DNA from: Rozella allomycis CSF55
Lineage: Eukaryota
Direction: 5' to 3'
DNA: 51,174 bases
Assembly: GCA_000442015.1 (NCBI GenBank)
Contig: KE560866.1
Coordinates: 1 to 51,174 of the forward strand
The notes under the pieces were generated by a model. The model did no database searches. It worked only from the letters and a program-made list of their open reading frames with translations, and was not told where the DNA came from. A program made the translations under genes and the position numbers. This document shows positions 11,566 to 25,094 of the stretch, piece by piece. Within the stretch, counting starts at the first letter, position 1. The number at the start of each line of letters is the position of its first letter.

Positions 11566-13002
11566 ATGGGGATAACCGGACTATTGGGATGCTTCAAATC
11601 GGTTATAAACCCATACGATCTTGAGAAATTGAAGGGGTGCAAAGTCGCAATAGATGGTTACTCTTGGCTTTACAAAGGATCCTACAGTTGTGCCATGGAC
11701 CTTTGCCTGAATATCAACACGAGAATGTAAATACATGTCTACATCTCCATAGGCACATAAATTACTGCGTGAAAAAGGCTAAAGAACTTGTTTATTTCGG
11801 GATTCAACCATATTTTGTGTTTGATGGTTGTTCCCTTCCAATGAAAAAGAGAACAGAAGAAAAAAGATCGTTGTAGTTAATTTATTCACAAAATATAAAA
11901 GGAGCAAAGAGAAAGCGATGGAACTGGGACACAAATACTTGAAATTGAAAAACCTTAAAGCAGCGTTCAGTGAGTTTACCAAAGCAGTTAGTATTAAACC
12001 CGAATATGTATATCAACTAGTGCAAGTGATTTATATTCTTTTAATTAATAGGAACTTAAAAAAGAAGGAATTCCTTACGTTATCGCACCATATGAGGCAG
12101 ATGCGCAAATGACATATTTGGTCAATGAAGGTATTGTGGACGCAGCAATATCGGAAGATTCTGACTTGATTGTTTTTGGATGCAAAAGAGTAGTATATAT
12201 TGTTTATCAGCAAAGACGTTTTATAAATGTAACGGGGCCAACGCACATGAATTGCGGTTCCAAGATATTTTCAAAACCACAGATTGGACGATATCTCATT
12301 TGACTTTTGAACAAGTAAATTAAGCTTTTAACTCATTTATTAGCTACAATATACTTGCATTCTCTCTGGCTGTGATTACCTTGAGTCAATCCAAGGAGTA
12401 GGACTAAAAACAGCTTTAAAGTATGTGACTAAAGGAAAAACAATTGAAAATGTATATATACGTAATTAGAATAACAAGATTTTTATGGAAATGAAAAACG
12501 ACGGGAAAGATGTATCACATGAGTACATTGAAGATTTTGAGAAAGCAGTTTGTACGTTCAAATTTCAAAGAGTATTTGATCCTAGAAACAATAGACTTAC
12601 AACTCTTAATCCTTTGCCTAACCATATAGACACTAAGAAGATTGAATTCATAGGACCGTAAGTTTATTTCGACTAGAGCACAGTAGATATATGACTGACG
12701 AGGTAGCTACGCAATTAGCTCAATGCAAAATAAACCCTAAAAATATGAAGCCATTTACTTCCATTGAATCACAATCTTCACAACCACTTCAAAATTTAAC
12801 GAGCAAAATGAACGCCAATACAACAATGTCTCCTTTGGAGAAAAGGGGGCCACTAGACAAATTTTTCTCCATAAAAACTAGAACCTCGGAAAAAAGGACT
12901 CTAAAAACTACATCCAACGCTGCCGAGGCTAAAAAGTCTAAAAGAGTAGATAGAAATTCAAATCATAAAGTCACTGACCTTCAGAGTCCATATTTTTTGT
13001 AA
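11566..13002 (+). CDS. EXO1: Exonuclease 1 (XPG/Rad2 family), multi-exon
   Basis: MGITGLL, AIDGYSWLYKG, VFDG, APYEADAQ, SEDSDLIVFG, CILSGCDYLESIQGVGLKTA, FKFQRVFDP. Confidence 0.93.
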
Positions 13003-13107
13003 AAAAAATAAATACATAAATAAATATTCTTCAATTGCATTATAATTTTATGGCTGTAACTTTCCTTAAAATATATTAAAAGATTTCCCAAATTAGAAAG
13101 GGACAGG

Positions 13108-14247
13108 ATGAGAATATTTTCTGGTGTATCTTACAGATACAGAAATACAATTATAAGCTTCCCGCAGAAAAACTATTCAAGCGTTAATATAAAGCATTCT
13201 TCGAGAAAAAGCTTGGTGAAAGAATGTCCCTTTATCGAAATCAAGAATGACAGACTTCATATATCTACAGGCTTCGATGCATATAGAATCTTACCACTAA
13301 TTAAATTACAGAAATACACAGGATTAAAGGACTTAGTCCTTCAGGGTCTAACAATAGAGGAACTTGTTTTACTAGGAGCTAGGCTGAGTAATTTTAACAT
13401 TAGAGCGATATACTTTGAGCAAAAGAGATTAAGAGCGGGAGGAATCATAAAATTTGTTTGGTTTCTACGAGGCACGCCAATTTCTGTTTTAGATATGAGG
13501 AACAGTAAAATTGAAAAAGAAGGAGCATTGGAATTGGGAAGATACATCATAGAAATGCCGGAACTAAAAGTGCTTAATGTATCAGGAAATTGTTTGGGTG
13601 ATAAGGGTGCAAGATTTATCTTGCGCAACATGACAAGTGAAACGACCGTCCAACATTTGGATCTCTCAAAAAATTTCTTGACAAGATCTGGATTTAAAGA
13701 AATTAACAAACTTTGGTCATCAATTACATTAAAATCCTTGAAATTGGATAAAATTAATATCGGTGAAAATCTACACCATTTATGTTCAAATCTACATCAA
13801 GGAAAGTTGGAAGAATTGTACTTATCACAATGTAACATAAACAATGAAAGCATATCCAAATTTGCGACCTTTGTGCCATTTCTTCCCTTGAAAGCTCTAG
13901 ATCTTTCCAACAATACTATTTCTTGCAAAGGAATTCTTGATTTAACCCCAAGGCTAGTGAACTCGAAAATTTCAAATTTAAATCTTAGCGGCAACGAAAT
14001 TTCAGATGACGGCGTTTTGGAACTTGCCCAATATTTGCCAAAGTTGAAAATTAACAGTTTAGATCTTTCCTTTAATAGAATCTCTGATGTAGGAGCTATA
14101 GCACTTGCAAAAGTACTTCCAAAATCAAACATTAAGGAATTGAAATTGGATGGAAATAGTATTGGTGAATCCACCATTCGAGAATTCGAGAAAAATAACA
14201 TAGAATTGAATAACAACACACAGATCTCTCAATCGTTTGCAGAATAA
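13108..14247 (+). CDS. RNI-like leucine-rich repeat protein, intronless
   Basis: Repeated LxxLDLSxNxISDxG units (RI/NLRC3 type). Confidence 0.85.
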   Translation: MRIFSGVSYRYRNTIISFPQKNYSSVNIKHSSRKSLVKECPFIEIKNDRLHISTGFDAYRILPLIKLQKYTGLKDLVLQGLTIEELVLLGARLSNFNIRAIYFEQKRLRAGGIIKFVWFLRGTPISVLDMRNSKIEKEGALELGRYIIEMPELKVLNVSGNCLGDKGARFILRNMTSETTVQHLDLSKNFLTRSGFKEINKLWSSITLKSLKLDKINIGENLHHLCSNLHQGKLEELYLSQCNINNESISKFATFVPFLPLKALDLSNNTISCKGILDLTPRLVNSKISNLNLSGNEISDDGVLELAQYLPKLKINSLDLSFNRISDVGAIALAKVLPKSNIKELKLDGNSIGESTIREFEKNNIELNNNTQISQSFAE

Positions 14248-14406
14248 ATTTCAACATACACATGATTTTAGTCTCTACTTTCAATTGACGATTCTTTTTG
14301 ACATTTTGACATTATTGGTATTTTAATTTAGAATTAGAGTACTTTGAAACGTATTTCGCCTTTGAAAGAATGACCACCTAGAAACGTAAACAATTTTGAT
14401 TACTGA

Positions 14407-17400
14407 ATGGAGCCTACAGCCACATCGAATGGGAAAATGTCAGAAAACATCCCAGGCTCCAAATTAACTCTGTCTACATCTATAAAACGGTTTCTAGGAC
14501 CCAAAAAGTCTATATCACGTGAAGGTACATGTAAAAATATCCGAGACAAAGGATCGCCCGGAAACGAGTCACCTAAAAGCATTTCTTCAAATCCCGATTC
14601 ACCGAGAAAGGCGAAAAAGCGTAAGTGTATTTGAATAACACAATAGTGTTTCTGCCTAATCTTGAGCAAACGGTGAAGGAAGTAGAGAGTGTTAAAATCA
14701 AGGCGATATCTAGTCAGTTTGATGAGTATAATAAGAATAAAAAGAGCATAGACTCTGGCAGTCCGTATAGTCCTTCCACATTGATGAACTGGTTAGCGCC
14801 TGAAAGTTGGATGGTGAGGCCCATGGATGGAATTAAGGGAAACAACAATGCTACGATATTGAGTTTGCTTGGTATTTCAGGGACGGAGCAGGTGAAAGAG
14901 TTGAAAGATATGAGATTTGCTGCATGTGTCAGTCGGAAGGCGTCACTGACAGATGATGCGAATCCTGATAGTGCGAGAAAGGTAAACTTTTAGATTAAAA
15001 TAGATTTAGTGGGAGATTCGAGTGTTTAAACCTGCGACAAAGAGTACAAATGTGCAAAATGCTACGTATTCGCATACTGTTGTAAAGGTTTCGATTGACA
15101 CTACAGTTTCAGATTTGATTATCAGTCTGTCACGAAAGTTTAATATCCCTGACAATAAGAGATTTGGATTGTATATTCAATTCAGAGGACAGAGTAAGAT
15201 TTGTTTGAAATGTTTATAAAGAAAAGCAGTTAGATTCAAACGATTTTCCGATCCAGATTCAATTCTTATTGTTTCAATCGTTGGGATATTCATTATCAGA
15301 GGATGATTTGAGTCAATTGGCGCTTGAAGACCATTCATTTTATTTCAAGTTTATATTTCAGGAATTAGAGAATGTGACGATGAATTCAGATGAAATTCAA
15401 ACAACGATTGTGGGAGGGAATATGAACAAGGTTGACATGTCGAACAAAAAGTTGAATTTATTGAGCGTTAAATTTTATGAATCAAAATTTGCCAATTCGA
15501 TTCACATTTTGAATCTTGGTGGAAATTCTTTGATCCATTTTGATTTTCTGAGGGAATGCAAATCTTTAGTTAATTTATTTCTTGACGGAAATGATCTAAC
15601 AGCTATACCCAATACCCTTTCTTATTGTGAAAATATTAAAGTGATGAGTCTTCAAAGAAATAATATAACAATCTCGTCGTGCAATGTTTTGTCTAGTTTG
15701 AAGGAACTTGTAGACTTGAATATTTCATGTAATCTTTTTGAGAGTATCCCCTGTAAATTTATATTGCATATAAAAACTTTAAACATATCCAATAATTGGC
15801 TGAATGAAATTCCTGATGAAATTGATCTACTTTCAAATTTAGAGGTGTTTGATGTGTCCTTTAATAGTATAAGTTTTATTACAGAAAACATTTGCCATTT
15901 AAACAAATTAAGAGAATTGTATTTGACATCTAATAATTTGAGCACTTTGCCTAAGAGCATTGGAGCCTGCCCAGAGTTGGAAATTTTGGACATCCGCGTC
16001 AACCAAATAGCAGACATTTCAAACGTTTTTAGTTCAGAAAAGTTGAAAGTGTTGAAATGTGACTATAATCCAATTATTGGAGTGCAAGATTCCAATGGTC
16101 AAATGCTTTCGTTGAGTTTTCTAAGTTTGCATAAAACTTCATTGACGAGATTTAATGCGTCTTGGAATTCAATTAAAGAATTAAATATTTCGTGCTCAAA
16201 ATTGAATGAATTGGATGATTCTGTATTTTCTTCATTGCTGAATTTAGAAAAAATAAATTTGAATCGAAATTTACTGTCTTCATTGCCGAAAAGTCTTGGA
16301 GATTTGGTATATTTAAGAGAGCTTTCTGTTGCGAGTAATAAACTTTCTTCATTGCCATCGTGGATCTATAATCTTGATCATTTGGAAACGCTTGATGTTC
16401 ATCATAATATATTAAAGCAATTACCGAGAGAAATATGGTACTGTAGAAGATTATGGATGTTAAATGCAAGTGGAAATTTACTGAGTTCGTTTCCAAAGAA
16501 TCCCCAAAAAGTTGCTGAAAACAAGTCACTATCCAAACTTGATTTTGAAAGAGATTTACGTGATTCCAAAGCACAAATACCCATGCAACCAATATTTTTG
16601 CATTTATCGTTGAAAGAGTTGTATTTGGGAGAGAATAAATTGACAGATGATTGTTTGGATTGTATCGCAATGTTGAAAGGGTTAGAGATATTGAATCTTA
16701 GTTATAATTTGTTGGATGACATTGGCTCTTCACTTTCATCGCTAGTTAAATTGCGAGAATTATATTTGTCAGGGAATCAGTTGACTAATGCGCCTGATGA
16801 TTTAGAAAATTTAGTTGAATTGAAGGTGATGATGGTTAACCATAACAGACTCTCTTCATTGCCACCTGAAATGTCTAAACTTTTAAAGTTGAATATTTTG
16901 GATGCAAGTTGGAATAATTTAAAGTACAATGTAAACAATTGGCCGTATGATTGGAATTGGAATGCAAATAAAGAGTTGAAAGTTCTTGATTTATCAGGAA
17001 ACCATCGATTGGAAGTGAAGCCTTTACCCAACCAAAATGACAGCGCAATATTTGATGATTTGAAAAAGCTTTGTATTTTAGATTTAAACTGTGTGAAACA
17101 AATACCACAAAAGCTACCATCTGAGAGGATTGATTTACGAGTGAGATCGTCATTGTTTGATGATGATCCAGTTTATTATAGCATTGGTGAAACACTTGGA
17201 CCTGAAAATGTATTTAACACTTGGGAAGTTGTGTCACATAATTTAATGAATTCAGAAACTAAACACTTGTGGGCGTTATTTAAAGGCCATAAGAATCCCA
17301 ATGTTTCTAAACATTTGTATGGATCTTTTGAATTTGTGTTTGAAAAAGAATTAAAGAAATGTTGCATGCCTGAAATAGCTTTGAGAAGAACTATCCTTGC

Positions 17401-19125
17401 TATTGCTAGAGAATATGCGCTAGTGAATCCAACGGAAAGTAATGGGGCGTCATTAGCCGCAGTTTTTAGATCAGAAAATCAATTGTACGTTGCCAATGTT
17501 GGAAATATAATGGCAGTTGTATCTAGAAATGGGACTGCTAAACTATTGACAATGAAGCATATTGCATGGGATCCATCAGAGTCTAAGAGGATAAGATACA
17601 TGAATGGCCAAATGGATTTAAATGGGCGTGTTTCTGGCAGTTCAGATTTAAGTAGAATGTTTGGCTGTTATTCATTATTGCCACAAGTGTCATATACGCC
17701 TTCATGTCAAACAGTTGAAATAAATGAAGCTGATGAATTTATTATTATTGCGTGTGATACATTTTGGGAATGCATGAGTTATCAAAATGCGGTTGATATT
17801 GTAAAACCATTGGACAAGACAGAAGCAGCAAAGAAACTTCGTGACATTGCGATTACTTATGGAATTAAAGATCAAATTAGCGTTCTTGTTGCTCCTTTGT
17901 ATCCAACACTTGGGATTAGAAAAGAAAGAAAATCTAGACGCGGTGCGATTGATTATGATAAAGTAATTAAAACAAATTCTGTTAATAGATTGGACAGGAA
18001 GTTACTCCACCGCAAGGAAAAGTTGCTATTGTGTTCACAGATACTAAAAATTCAACTAAACTGTGGAATGAATATGGATTAGCAATGAATTCATCTCTTA
18101 AAGTTCATTTTGAAGTATTAAGAAGGCATATTAGAAACTGTGGAGGTTATGAAGTGAAAACAGAAGGTATTGAAATGTTTCAATAAAGAAAGGTGATGGA
18201 TGCATGATAACGTTTGATTCTGTCGTTGCTGCAATGCGATTTTGTATTTCAACGCAAATTGACTTGATGGATGCAGAATGGCCAGAAGAAATTTTGAAAT
18301 CTCCTGATTGCAAACCAATTTTAGATAAAGAAGGCCATCTACTGTACAAGGGTTTATCAGTTAGAATGGGAATTCATTTTGGGACTCCAATCTGTCAAAT
18401 AGACGATGGATACAACAAAATGGATTACACTGGAGCGCCTGTTAATTTAGCCTCGCGTGTGATGAGTAGCGCTGATGGCGGACAGATTCATATTTCAAAT
18501 GACGCTTATGAAGAATTTTGTGAATCTCAAGATAAAGAAATGCTGGATGGAATAAAATACGTTCTTTATGATGTTGGATTAACTAAACTAAAAGGGTTTC
18601 CATTTCCTGAATATTTAAGAGTCGTAAAACATTATGATTAAATTGATAGATTTATCCAGAAAATTTATGCTATCGACACCAGCAAGCAATGACAACTTCT
18701 AAATCCACAATTGGTGTAAAGGCACTCAGTGGTAAAATCATTTCTTTGGTTTAAAAGGCATCTTTAACGATCCTGAAAGCATCCTCAAATCACATCACAT
18801 TAGTAGCTTAAATTCAATAGATGATAAATTGCTGGAATTTCTAAATAAAAAATTTCCATCTCCTCTAGTTGAAAGTTGGGCTAAAAAAGTTCAATTGGAT
18901 CCAATCGATTCAATGTCAGACGCTCAACTATTAGATGCGTTTGAAGAATTGGTTTTTCATATAGAAGTACACCTTTAAAAGTTATTCAATTAGCAAATAG
19001 CTGCTTGCATTGAACTATTTCAAATAATCGATAAAGAAAAGGTCGAAGCTTTAAGTCACGCTTTCCAAATACAAAATGTCTCTTCAATTGTTAACATTTT
19101 CAAAGATATAATAAAAAAGCATTAA
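14407..19125 (+). CDS. CYR1: Fungal-type adenylate cyclase (RA domain, LRRs, PP2C-like domain, class III cyclase)
   Basis: LRR array, NVNNWPYDWNWN, LYVANVG (PP2C-like), IVFTD..ST.LW, GYEVKTEGD, GLSVRMGIH, MDYTGAPVNLASR; stop at 19123-19125 after short introns. Confidence 0.95.
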
Positions 19126-19204
19126 TTCTATCTTTTAACACATTATCTTAAAAAAGGTATTTTAACAATATTCTAATAAATAACAACTATCATTTAAACT
19201 CAAT

Positions 19205-19786
19205 TCAATAGTCCCAATCCTTTTTATTATTTCTACGCTCCTTCTTCTTATTCGACATTTTGATCTTCAATTCTTTCCTCTTCTGTTCAGCCTTTCTAAT
19301 TCTAATAACACAATCAATGCTTATTTACAATTGCTGCACTCTATTCTTTTGCTCTTCACTTGTTTCAGAAGGCGGAATGCCACTTGTTTTTACAATCTCC
19401 CCCAACATTTTCACCACATTGTCCTTATTTCTATGCTGACACCGTTCATCAGAACAACTAATTTGCAAAATTTCATTCTTCACTAGCTTAGACTTGTGTT
19501 TCATTTTAATATCATCAATAACTGGATCAGGAAGCCATTTTGCAGCCATATTAAGATTCCAACGCACAGTAACCTTGCTGTCAGCTATCTCTTATCTTTA
19601 CCAATTATTTATACTTGTATTTACATGCTGTCCTCCTGCACCACTCGACCGTGAAAATGAAAACTCTAGCTCACCTAATACCAAAATTAAAATAAATTAA
19701 CCTCTTTGAATCATTGAAATCTTGAAATTGGAATGGAATCTCCTCCATTCCTCTATAGTCACGCTTTTAAACCTTTTAAAAAACAT
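19205..19786 (-). CDS. ICT1: ICT1/Pth4-like codon-independent peptidyl-tRNA hydrolase (RF-1 domain)
   Basis: FSFSRSSGAGGQHVNT, R.QHRN motif and basic C-terminal tail; possible mitochondrial presequence. Confidence 0.85.
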
Positions 19787-19819
19787 TGAAATTTCAAAAG
19801 TTTGAAGAAATGATTTAAT

Positions 19820-20928
19820 TTATTTACGATAAAATTCATGAAACTTTTCACAAAATGGCTGCTCTGATAAATTTTGCTTCTTCTCTGCATGACAGTTTTG
19901 TTGGAGATATTTCGCAAATGTCCTTTCTATTTCATCTTCATATTGGCGGACTTCGCGGACAATGTTCCTATAGTCATGCTGCTGGATATAATCTTCATTA
20001 AATTTGGTAGTGTAATAGTCTATAGACCTTCTGTACGTTTTTCTATGAATTGGAAATTGCGGAGTCTCCTCGAAAGAATATTTGTTCTCCAATTGAACAG
20101 TTGGATTCAGTATCGAAGCAAGCATATTAAAAATTATATTAAACACAATAAATATAATTAGAGGTGACATTAACCTTAAAAGACTTGGCTGCGGTGACGC
20201 ACTTTCTTGGTGTCGTGTTCGTTGCCGATGTGATGTTCTGCGTTGGATTGCTAATACAATTCAAACAAAAAAATTACTTTCATCATTAAACGCATGCTGG
20301 AAAAACATTCTAAATAATTCTTCAGGATCAATATCTTCTTCTCTAAATGTAGAAAAGTGGAATCCATTCATATTTGACATGGGCGAATGTCCTCTTTCAC
20401 CAGTTATACCATGCATATCATACATTCTTCTCTTTTCAGGGTCTCCCAGTATTGAAAATGCTTTGTTGACAAGCTTAAATGCCTCGTCCGCTCGATCATG
20501 ATTATTCTTGTCCGGGTGAAATGCTAAAGCCAGCTGGGTTGAATTCCAATTATAAATATTACCTTTCGATATGCCTTTTTGATTTCAACTTCTGTAGAGG
20601 ATTTCTCAACTTCCAACAACGAATAATAGTCAGACTTGTCCTTTCTTAAATACATTAAAACAGCTGTTTCCTGTTCAACGGAATACTCTCTTTTGACTTT
20701 AGGAGTTTCCGTCTCTTTAGTTGACTCTGATCGTTTTCTGGGACCCTCATTCTCTGCTTCATTACGTGGCACCGTATTTAATTTTTCTAACAAATCCTTG
20801 GCCTTGTCCGTAGGATATAGCCGTAACGATTTTTTACACCATTTTATCGCATTTTCCAAGTTTCCTTCGCTGTAATACTTCATCGATAACTCATAGCATT
20901 TTGTGGCCTCATCTTTGTTGCTTTCCAT
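19820..20928 (-). CDS. ER-membrane J-domain co-chaperone DNAJB12/14 (Hlj1-like, DUF1977)
   Basis: MESNKDEA..C N-terminus, J domain with HPDK across an intron, TM helix, C-terminal Cys pair. Confidence 0.9.
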
Positions 20929-21018
20929 TTCGGAATTTTACCTAATATTGAGTGTTCAAATTAAAAAACAAAATATCTCGAAAAACATATTTATTAAGTG
21001 ACTTCTAGTTCCTATCAA

Positions 21019-21867
21019 CTACTGAAACATTTGCTGACTTGGTATATTTCGTTGATGTAAAGCTTGTGCGTTACTTGGTGCCATTGGCGTTGCGAAGCCT
21101 TGATTTTGCATGTATTGATTGCTCTGGGGAGTCACGTTACCTTGTAAAGAGCTTTCATAACCTTCGGGAATACCATACGGAGATTGTGGCAAATATTGCT
21201 GTCGTTGGCTGGGCTGTGTCTGCACCATCCGTTGTGCGGTTGCAGATGGATGCATTCCTTGTTGCATCACCTGCCCACCTGGTGACTGATTTGACTTTGT
21301 TTGATGCACTTGAGCACTTTGGCTTTTGCCGTTCGAATTCACCATTTGAGGTTGGCTAGTACTTTTTTGCGTATTATATGCTCTTAATAGGGACACTGCC
21401 AAATCAGTGTCTGCTTGATTTTTCCCTATTCGTTGATTTTGCATGCTTAACGCTTGGGCCATATCGATATCATTCTGTGTTAACTGCTGCACGTTGTTCT
21501 GTAGGCCTTGAACGGATCCTGTGAGTAATTTGATTTGTCTATGTTGTTGGACATCTACCTGATCGTTCATATCAAGCCTATTTATAATATTTGAATTAAT
21601 GACGTCTTGTTTGTCTTGAAGGGCGGCCTGAATGTCACTATCAACAGCACCTATTTCTTTCACCAATTGAACTTTCTGCTGCGTGAGCGCATCCTTTTTC
21701 TTTAGTTCCTCTAGTTGCTGCGCTTGCTTCTTGTCTGCGTCACATGTATTTAACCCTAAAGAACACATGGCATCGTAGAAAAATCCGGGAAGCGGCCTAC
21801 TTTTTACGGTATTTGAGATCAACAGTATCTGTAAAGACAATATAACAGGAAAAGAACTAAATCTCAT
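21019..21867 (-). CDS. Putative secreted Gln-rich coiled-coil protein, intronless
   Basis: Signal peptide, RPLP, coiled coil, Q/S/P-rich tail. Confidence 0.75.
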   Translation of the reverse strand: MRFSSFPVILSLQILLISNTVKSRPLPGFFYDAMCSLGLNTCDADKKQAQQLEELKKKDALTQQKVQLVKEIGAVDSDIQAALQDKQDVINSNIINRLDMNDQVDVQQHRQIKLLTGSVQGLQNNVQQLTQNDIDMAQALSMQNQRIGKNQADTDLAVSLLRAYNTQKSTSQPQMVNSNGKSQSAQVHQTKSNQSPGGQVMQQGMHPSATAQRMVQTQPSQRQQYLPQSPYGIPEGYESSLQGNVTPQSNQYMQNQGFATPMAPSNAQALHQRNIPSQQMFQ

Positions 21868-22014
21868 TCAGGATTCTAGGGGTTTTGTAACAAAATAAAC
21901 CATTCTTAGAACCCCATTTCTAATTTTAGAGCTAAAATGAAACAGTGTTGCAATTTTAATACGCACCTGATCGTCATGAAAAATATTGCAAGAGGTCCGA
22001 AAATGTAAAAAAAT

Positions 22015-22039
22015 TGGAGTTGGGGGGTATCGATCCCCC

Positions 22040-22071
<32 letters not shown>

Positions 22072-22087
22072 TCTGAGCTACAACCCC
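22015..22087 (-). tRNA. tRNA-Ala (AGC)
   Basis: Reverse strand GGGGTTGTAGCTCAGATGGTAGAGCGCGCGCTTAGCATGCGCGAGGTAGGGGGATCGATACCCCCCAACTCCA; G3:U70 pair; anticodon AGC. Confidence 0.95.
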
Positions 22088-22240
22088 TGTTGAAGATTAT
22101 CATCTGTTGAGATATATAAATAGTTTTCACCATCGAGAAACATTACACAAGGGCCATTGGTGAGCATTATCTCAGTCTTCTAATAAATAGACAATTCTAT
22201 AAAAATACAATAAAATTTGAAATAAGGTATGTTACTTCAT

Positions 22241-24389
22241 TTATTTAATATTTAAATATTGTGAGTGTATAACGTTATAAATATTGATACGAAATGAGTC
22301 ATTAACGCATAGCATTCCGGATAATAGACTACTAAATTCTTTGGTAAAGTATGATTTCTGCCATGTATTTGTTACCCATTCTTGATCAAGTTCAGAAATG
22401 AATTTAACTTTATCAATTTTCAATTCATGTAGGAATTTGCGATCCGTTGTAAGCTATATTATGAATAATTGAAAACTTTACTCTATAAAATAAGACACCA
22501 AGACTCCAGATATCTATTGAAAGATCAATTTCCATAATTTTCTGTTTCATCATTGAACGAAGGGCTTCAGGTGGAAGATAGTGAGGATGTTTATGACCAA
22601 GCGGGATAGGCTCATTACAGGGAATGATTCTAGCACATTCAAACGCGGAAATCTTCCAAGCCCCATCACATAATACAAAAGAATCTAATGAAATGTTTAA
22701 ATGTGCAATTAAAGTGTCGTGGCAATCTTGCAAACATAAAGCCAATTCCTGTACATAAATTAGTATCTATTTACCCGTTGCAATTTTGTAACTTCTGATT
22801 TCTTTACATTATAATTTCTGAGAGAAGTAATAAACCCTTCAAATATGATAAGATTCTCATCATCACAATAGTCTAACATTCTCAAAACATTCAATTTAAC
22901 ATTAAAGAATTATCTTACTTTAGTTTTTAGAATTTGAAATATTTCAAGTTCTCTGTAGAATGAACATTCATTTTTGAAAACTTTAATTAGAACCCTGGAA
23001 TTATCATTCAAAGATTCTCCATCGTAATACTCAAAGTGAAATCCATTCACCATTTGCATGTTCCTTCCAGTGACAACATATTGCTCTTTGATGATTCTCC
23101 CAACGACTAATACATGTAATATTTTAATCATTACATTTTTCTTTATCCAATTCACGCGGCGGGGTTGGAGATACAGATTTATTCTGTGTAATTATTATTG
23201 GCTTGACTTGAATGATTTCTTCTTCATGAGGAATATTTTTCATTTTCTTCTGGCTCCATGAGAACAATTTATGAACAGGTATTTTCCTTTTATCATCAGT
23301 TCTATTTGAAATCGTAACGATGAAAACAAAAAGAACAAGAATCCCACACGAACTTGTTAGGATAATTATGCTATTGAGTTTACTCAAACCAAACAATGAG
23401 AAACTCTCGTCATCCACCTGTTGAATTTCCGGCTGGTTTGAAAAAAGGTTAAACGACAAATTAGGAATACCAGAAGTGTCTATTCTATGCAATGTTTCAT
23501 TGTTATCCAAAATGATAATTTCTTTCTTCTTAGTATTGTAAACCGCTCCATGGTTTCTTAGTGGGACAGTCTTTTTATCGCTTAAATGCCACTCATTCTT
23601 GAGTATATCGTAAACATATACGTCACTGGAAATTACGCCTGATGCTAGTACACCACCTGTAACCACCAGCCATTTGTCCTCCACATTTGTCATCACATGT
23701 CCAGAAAGACTAGGAAGAATTGAATCCATTTTATCCCATTTATCATTGGTAATTTCATATCTCCAAAAATCGGCAAGTAAAGTGTTATTTTCACGATTCC
23801 CTCCATGCAAGTAAAGGTACTTTCCATCTGTAGCGTACGCATGATCATGCCTAAAAGAAGGTCCGTCATCGTTCTTATATATTTTTATAAAGAGAGAGCT
23901 GTAATCAATAGTGATCAATTCGTTTGTAGCAATCCAAGAATCATTTTTTAAAACAAGCCCGCCATGCACAAAAATGGTTTTATCAACAAGAACCATCGCA
24001 TGTTTCTTTCGTGCTTTAATAGGCCAATTAAATAAATTCCACTCATTTTTGTTGCTATCAAATACCATCAAATTTCTTTCTGTTGTGTTTTTTGAAACTT
24101 CACCGCCAAGACAGAACATCGATACATCATTATTAACACATCGATGATCGTATATAAATTTGTTCTTGGTTTCAGGTCCTTGAGTTCTAGGAATGGGTGA
24201 CCAAAGAGCTTTGGTGTCTTGCACAATATTGGTGTCATGTGTGCTAATATTAAGTTCAAGCAACGACGATAAAGGGCCATCGTTTGAAAGGCCTCCAAAT
24301 AGATATAGAACACCATTGACGAGGTTCAGTGAAAATGCCGAATTGGGTATAAGCATAATGTCAACTTTTGAATGGACCCCGGCAAACAT
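22241..24389 (-). CDS. Kelch beta-propeller + single TM + protein-kinase-like (pseudokinase) domain, multi-exon
   Basis: Kelch repeats (LYLFGG, FVHGG, YLHGG, VVTGG); TM IIILTSSCGILVLFVFIVTI; a 28-nt intron links in frame to VLIKVF..RELEIF, IAHLNISLDSF, WKISAFECA, HYLPPE, IDIWSLGVLFY. Confidence 0.75.
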
Positions 24390-24443
24390 ATTCAAACCTT
24401 GAAATTGTAAAATTACGGTTTAAAATAATTGTTGTACTTTTAT

Positions 24444-25094
24444 TTATTCTTGATGCTTGATGTATCCACTTGGAATAGATTCTTGACTCATCATTGCCGC
24501 GTATTGACTATTTGTTAAGCCGTGGGTACCATGATTAGCTCCTTGGACTTCATACCCTGATGGTAGACTCTGCTGAATAGCCGAATATGTTGGATCATAA
24601 TTAGCACCAGTATTTCTCAACGCGCTGGCAGCGGCACTAGGTGCATGCAAGGCCATTTCATCGGCAGAAATCTTAGCACTATTTCTTTGTCCAGTTGAAG
24701 AAGAATGTGTGTCAGTTTCAACTGAGGGTGTTGAAAGGTTGGTATCGATTTGTTGTCCTATACGTTTAGTTTCTTCAATATTTTGAATCAAAGTTTTTTC
24801 AGTGTTATCAAGTCTCTTGTTTTGATTCAGAGCAGTAACTTTTTGTAGTTCCGCCATTTTATCGCGATATGAGCTATTAACTTTTTCCATTTCGCCCATG
24901 GCTTTGTAGAATGTCACCATCTGCTGATACCTTCTTTCTGATTCATGTCTATCGCTTTGAACTTTGTCAGCCATTGCGTTGTATAATATTCCTCCAGTCA
25001 AACCCCCTCCAGCCGCAAGAGCTAATGGTAGAAACGGGGCGGCTTCTGTTAGTTGAAGTAGAGCAATAGATGAAATAATAATTGTAAACTTCAT
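24444..25094 (-). CDS. Putative secreted protein, intronless
   Basis: Signal peptide MKFTIIISSIALLQLTEA, Gly/Ala hydrophobic segment, coiled coil, low-complexity tail. Confidence 0.75.
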   Translation of the reverse strand: MKFTIIISSIALLQLTEAAPFLPLALAAGGGLTGGILYNAMADKVQSDRHESERRYQQMVTFYKAMGEMEKVNSSYRDKMAELQKVTALNQNKRLDNTEKTLIQNIEETKRIGQQIDTNLSTPSVETDTHSSSTGQRNSAKISADEMALHAPSAAASALRNTGANYDPTYSAIQQSLPSGYEVQGANHGTHGLTNSQYAAMMSQESIPSGYIKHQE

